Of a DNA stretch of 64,000 bases, positions 61,016-64,000 are shown in pieces. A program made the translations under genes and the position numbers. The stretch covers positions 672,001 through 736,000 of the forward strand of contig CAWKNZ010000007.1 in assembly GCA_963851265.1 (NCBI GenBank). The letters run 5' to 3'. This stretch comes from an uncultured Gemmatimonadales bacterium (GTDB lineage Bacteria; Gemmatimonadota; Gemmatimonadetes; Gemmatimonadales; Gemmatimonadaceae). Under the pieces are notes generated by a model that saw only the letters and a list, made by a program, of their open reading frames with translations, was not told the origin of the DNA and searched no databases. Numbering within the stretch: position 1 is the stretch's first letter; every line of letters starts with the position of its first letter.

Positions 61016-62416
61016 TCAGTAGTTCACGGTCTGACCCGCGAGCGCTTCGGCCGGCCGCGGGAGCGGACGGACGCCCGCGCGCGTCGCGCGCACGGCGCCG
61101 TCCTTCATCTCGTGCGCGATGCGGTCGGCGTACGTCCAGAAATCGACCTGGATCGTGTGGCGCGGCGAGGACCGGTACCGCCGCGCCACGGCGGCGGCAT
61201 CCTCGCCGATCGCGCGGCGCATCACCTCCGCGTCGGGTAGCGCCCAGTCGCCCGCGACAAGGCCCGCCACCCACCGGCCCTGCAGCTCGGCCAGCGGCAC
61301 GATCGAGCCGATCGGCTGGAGCAGTCCGATGAAATACAGGCCCGGCGACGTAGGGGGCACCACGCCCCGAAAGAGCGCGACGTGGTTGTCGCGCACCGGA
61401 AGCACCTCGGGCGGCAGGAACGGGAACGTGATGTTGTAGCCGGTCGCGTAGATGATCGCGTCGAACGGCGCGCGGGTGCCGTCCTCGAACACGATCTCGG
61501 TTCCCGCGAGTTCGGCGACGTTCGGCTTGATCTTGAGCCGCCCGTGCCCGACGTAGCTCAGGAACTCCTGATTGATCGTCGGGTGCGCGGCGAGCATTCC
61601 GTATGGCGGCGTCGGCATCCCGTAGCGGAGCTGGTCGCCGGCCGTGAGGTAGACGAGGGCGCGGTACAACCGCTCGCGCATCCAGAGCGGCAACCGCTCG
61701 GAGCCGCGGGTCACCCACTGGTCGGCCGGGCGGCCGAGGATGTACTTCGGGACGATCCACGCCCCCGACCGCGTCGAGAGCGCCACGACGTCCGCGATGC
61801 GCGACAGGTCGACCGCGATGTCGACCGCCGAATTGCCGATCCCGACGACGAGCACGCGCTTGCCGCTGTACGCCTCGGGCCGGCGGTAGTCGTGCGCGTG
61901 GATCGCGTCGCCGTCGAAGCGCCCCGGGAACTCCGGCAGCCGCGCGTCCCAGTGGTGTCCGTTGCACACCGCGACCGCGCCGTAGCGTCTCGTGCTCTCA
62001 CGCCCGTCGCGGTCGCGGACCGTGACGACCCATTCCCCGCCGTCCGGCTCCACGCGCCGCACCTCGGTGCGGAACTGGATCAGCGGCGTCACCCCGAAAT
62101 GATCGGCGTACGCCTCGAAATAGCGCAGCACGTCGGAATGATGGCCGAAGTCCGGGAAGCCCGCGGGCAACGGGAAGTCCGCGAACTCCATGTTCGACTT
62201 GCTCGAGTTGATGTGCAGCGAGTGGTACGCCGCGCTCTGCCCGTTGTCGTTGCCGTACCGCCAGTTCCCGCCCAACGCCGAGCCCTTCTCGTAGCAGTCG
62301 AACGGCACGCCGCGCTCGGCGAGCGCCTTGGCCGTCGTCAGGCCGGCACAGCCCGCCCCGATGACGCAGACGCGCTGGCCGGCGGCGATGGCGCTAGGAA
62401 CGGTCGCGGACGTCAT
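61016..62416 (-). CDS. Flavin-containing monooxygenase (class B)
   Basis: IGAGCAG, FMO motif FDGDAIHAHDY, VGIGNSA and ATGY. Confidence 0.9.
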   Translation of the reverse strand: MTSATVPSAIAAGQRVCVIGAGCAGLTTAKALAERGVPFDCYEKGSALGGNWRYGNDNGQSAAYHSLHINSSKSNMEFADFPLPAGFPDFGHHSDVLRYFEAYADHFGVTPLIQFRTEVRRVEPDGGEWVVTVRDRDGRESTRRYGAVAVCNGHHWDARLPEFPGRFDGDAIHAHDYRRPEAYSGKRVLVVGIGNSAVDIAVDLSRIADVVALSTRSGAWIVPKYILGRPADQWVTRGSERLPLWMRERLYRALVYLTAGDQLRYGMPTPPYGMLAAHPTINQEFLSYVGHGRLKIKPNVAELAGTEIVFEDGTRAPFDAIIYATGYNITFPFLPPEVLPVRDNHVALFRGVVPPTSPGLYFIGLLQPIGSIVPLAELQGRWVAGLVAGDWALPDAEVMRRAIGEDAAAVARRYRSSPRHTIQVDFWTYADRIAHEMKDGAVRATRAGVRPLPRPAEALAGQTVNY

Positions 62417-62491
62417 GACGAATTTCGTGGGGATCAAATCACCGCGCGGAGTGCCCGTTTATAGGTCGACGTCCGCCGTCGCGCAATATCG

Positions 62492-63223
62492 CTATTCGGC
62501 ATCGAGCTCCGCGCCTTCGAGGTCCGCGGCGTCGCCCTGCAGCACGCGCACCTCGGCCATCACCGACGAGCCCCGGATGTGCACCCGCGGCGCATGTCGG
62601 GCGTCGAGGTCGGCATGCATGGTTTCGTCGTGCGCCGCGCCGATGAACGGGAGCACGTCGACCGTCGCCTGCACCCCCCGGGGTAGCAGGACGCGCACAT
62701 TCGCCATCACCGCACCGATGTCGATCTCGCACCCCCCCACGGGCAGCACGGCGTCGCGCAGGTCGAGCACCGCCTCACTCATGATCGCCCACACACGAAG
62801 TCGCGGCGACACGAGCCACGGACCGACGCGCCGGGTCGAGCTCATCACCGCCAGCATCCGGTTCTCGTCGCGGCTCACGTCGCGCACCGGCACGAGCGTT
62901 CCGCGCTGCCAGCCGTAGGCACCAGGCGGGAGTCCGACCGTCTCCGGTTGCGGCCGCGGGCCCGTGGCGGCATGCGGCGCGGCGGGCCAGGCCGCGGTCG
63001 TCAACGCGTCGCCCATCTGCTCGAGCGCGCGGGCGTCGGTCAGCGCATGCAGTCGGTCGAGTTCGGCCTCGAACTGCTCGACCGTGAGCGAATCGTCCGC
63101 GTACCGATCGGTCAGCAGGCGGACGACGCGCTCGCGCGCGACCTCACGGCGCGCGATCTCACGCTGCGCGGCCTCGTCGGCCCGGTCGGGGAAGGCGTTC
63201 GGCGTCGGAGGCATGCCCGCCAT
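62492..63223 (-). CDS. DUF1707 (SHOCT-like) plus LiaF/DUF2154-like protein
   Basis: RERVVRLL..YADD.LT.EQFE; C-terminal AIMSEAVLDLRDA...AVMANV.V..P. Confidence 0.75.
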   Translation of the reverse strand: MAGMPPTPNAFPDRADEAAQREIARREVARERVVRLLTDRYADDSLTVEQFEAELDRLHALTDARALEQMGDALTTAAWPAAPHAATGPRPQPETVGLPPGAYGWQRGTLVPVRDVSRDENRMLAVMSSTRRVGPWLVSPRLRVWAIMSEAVLDLRDAVLPVGGCEIDIGAVMANVRVLLPRGVQATVDVLPFIGAAHDETMHADLDARHAPRVHIRGSSVMAEVRVLQGDAADLEGAELDAE

Positions 63224-63314
63224 ACGCGCGCGGACGACGGAAGGTGTCGCAGGGGCGGTCGGCGTACCGCATCACGTGATGCCGCCCCGCCCGCGACCGA
63301 CGATCGCGCCGCGC

Positions 63315-63359
63315 GATCGCCCTCGCGGTGATCGCTCTCGCGGTGATCGCCCTAGCGGT
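63315..63359. repeat. Three tandem 15-mers GATCGC(C/T)CT(C/A)GCGGT; the last contains the fabF stop
   Basis: Units at 63315, 63330 and 63345. Confidence 0.8.
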
Positions 63360-64000
63360 GCCGCCGGAACACCAGCGCGGCGTTGATTCCGCCGAACCCG
63401 AAGCTGTTCGACATCGCCACGTCGACCTCTTCGTCGCGACCCTCGCCCGTGATCATCGCGAGGTCGCAAGCAGGGTCCGGCACTTCGAGGTTGATCGTGG
63501 GGGGCAGCCACCCGCGGTGCAGGGCGAGCACGGTGATGGCCGCCTCGACCGCGCCCGACGCGCCGAGTGCGTGGCCGTAATAGCCCTTCGTGCCGCTCAC
63601 GGGGAGCGCGTCCGCGTGCGCGCCGAACACCTGCCTCGCGGCGAGCGTCTCGGTGGGGTCGTTGAGCGGCGTCGACGACCCGTGCGCGTTCACGTAGCCC
63701 ACCTCGTGCGGGGCCACGTGCGCGTCGCCGAGGGCGAGGCACATCGCGCGGGCCGCCTGGCGTCCGTCGGGACGCGGCGCGGTCATGTGGTGCGCGTCGT
63801 TGGTCGTGCCGTAGCCGACGACCTCGGCGTAGATGCGCGCGCCGCGCGCGAGGGCCCGCTCGCGCTCCTCCAGCACCAGCACCGTCGCGGCCTCGCCCAT
63901 CACGAACCCGTCGCGGTCCTTGTCGAAGGGGCGCGACGCGGTGGCCGGGTCGTCGTTGCGCGTGCTCATCGCGCGGATGAGCGCGAACGCGCCGAAGCAG
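63352..64000 (-). CDS. fabF: Beta-ketoacyl-ACP synthase II family, 5' partial
   Basis: [30 protein letters not shown] and SNSFGFGG. Confidence 0.85.
   Translation of the reverse strand, partial: CFGAFALIRAMSTRNDDPATASRPFDKDRDGFVMGEAATVLVLEERERALARGARIYAEVVGYGTTNDAHHMTAPRPDGRQAARAMCLALGDAHVAPHEVGYVNAHGSSTPLNDPTETLAARQVFGAHADALPVSGTKGYYGHALGASGAVEAAITVLALHRGWLPPTINLEVPDPACDLAMITGEGRDEEVDVAMSNSFGFGGINAALVFRRHR

Overview
Very GC-rich (about 75% by eye) bacterial chromosomal window. Gene content and several small conserved hypothetical families suggest Gemmatimonadota (Gemmatirosa/Roseisolibacter-like); this is inference. About 58 CDS: a DNA-repair radical SAM gene (partial), aguA/aguB, three glycine-zipper lipoprotein paralogs, glycerate kinase, coaA, acnA, an orphan PAS kinase, an ALDH-DUF779-TonB receptor operon, peptidases and a permease, a kynureninase-like enzyme, psuG, SusC/SusD, TPR proteins, an M16 peptidase, a gluconate cluster, two acyl-CoA synthetases, ccmABCD, ppa, an FMO and fabF (partial). 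I found no tRNA, rRNA, CRISPR array, transposase or integrase. Main findings: (1) a 1.5-kb transposase-less element (5411-6911) bounded by 34-bp terminal inverted repeats with CTAG at both ends, sitting on a stop codon and carrying one PEP-CTERM repeat surface protein; (2) the motif (C)GTTAGGC, 26 copies by manual count, accommodated in codons, stop codons and intergenic DNA; (3) a SpeD-like protein with Cys in place of the pyruvoyl-forming Ser, coupled to a membrane protein; (4) an Asp-nucleophile alpha/beta hydrolase whose catalytic His is replaced by Arg; (5) an ABC-operon deletion scar; (6) recurrent leaderless-type promoters. Start codons were chosen by eye and family assignments come from motif recognition, not database searches.
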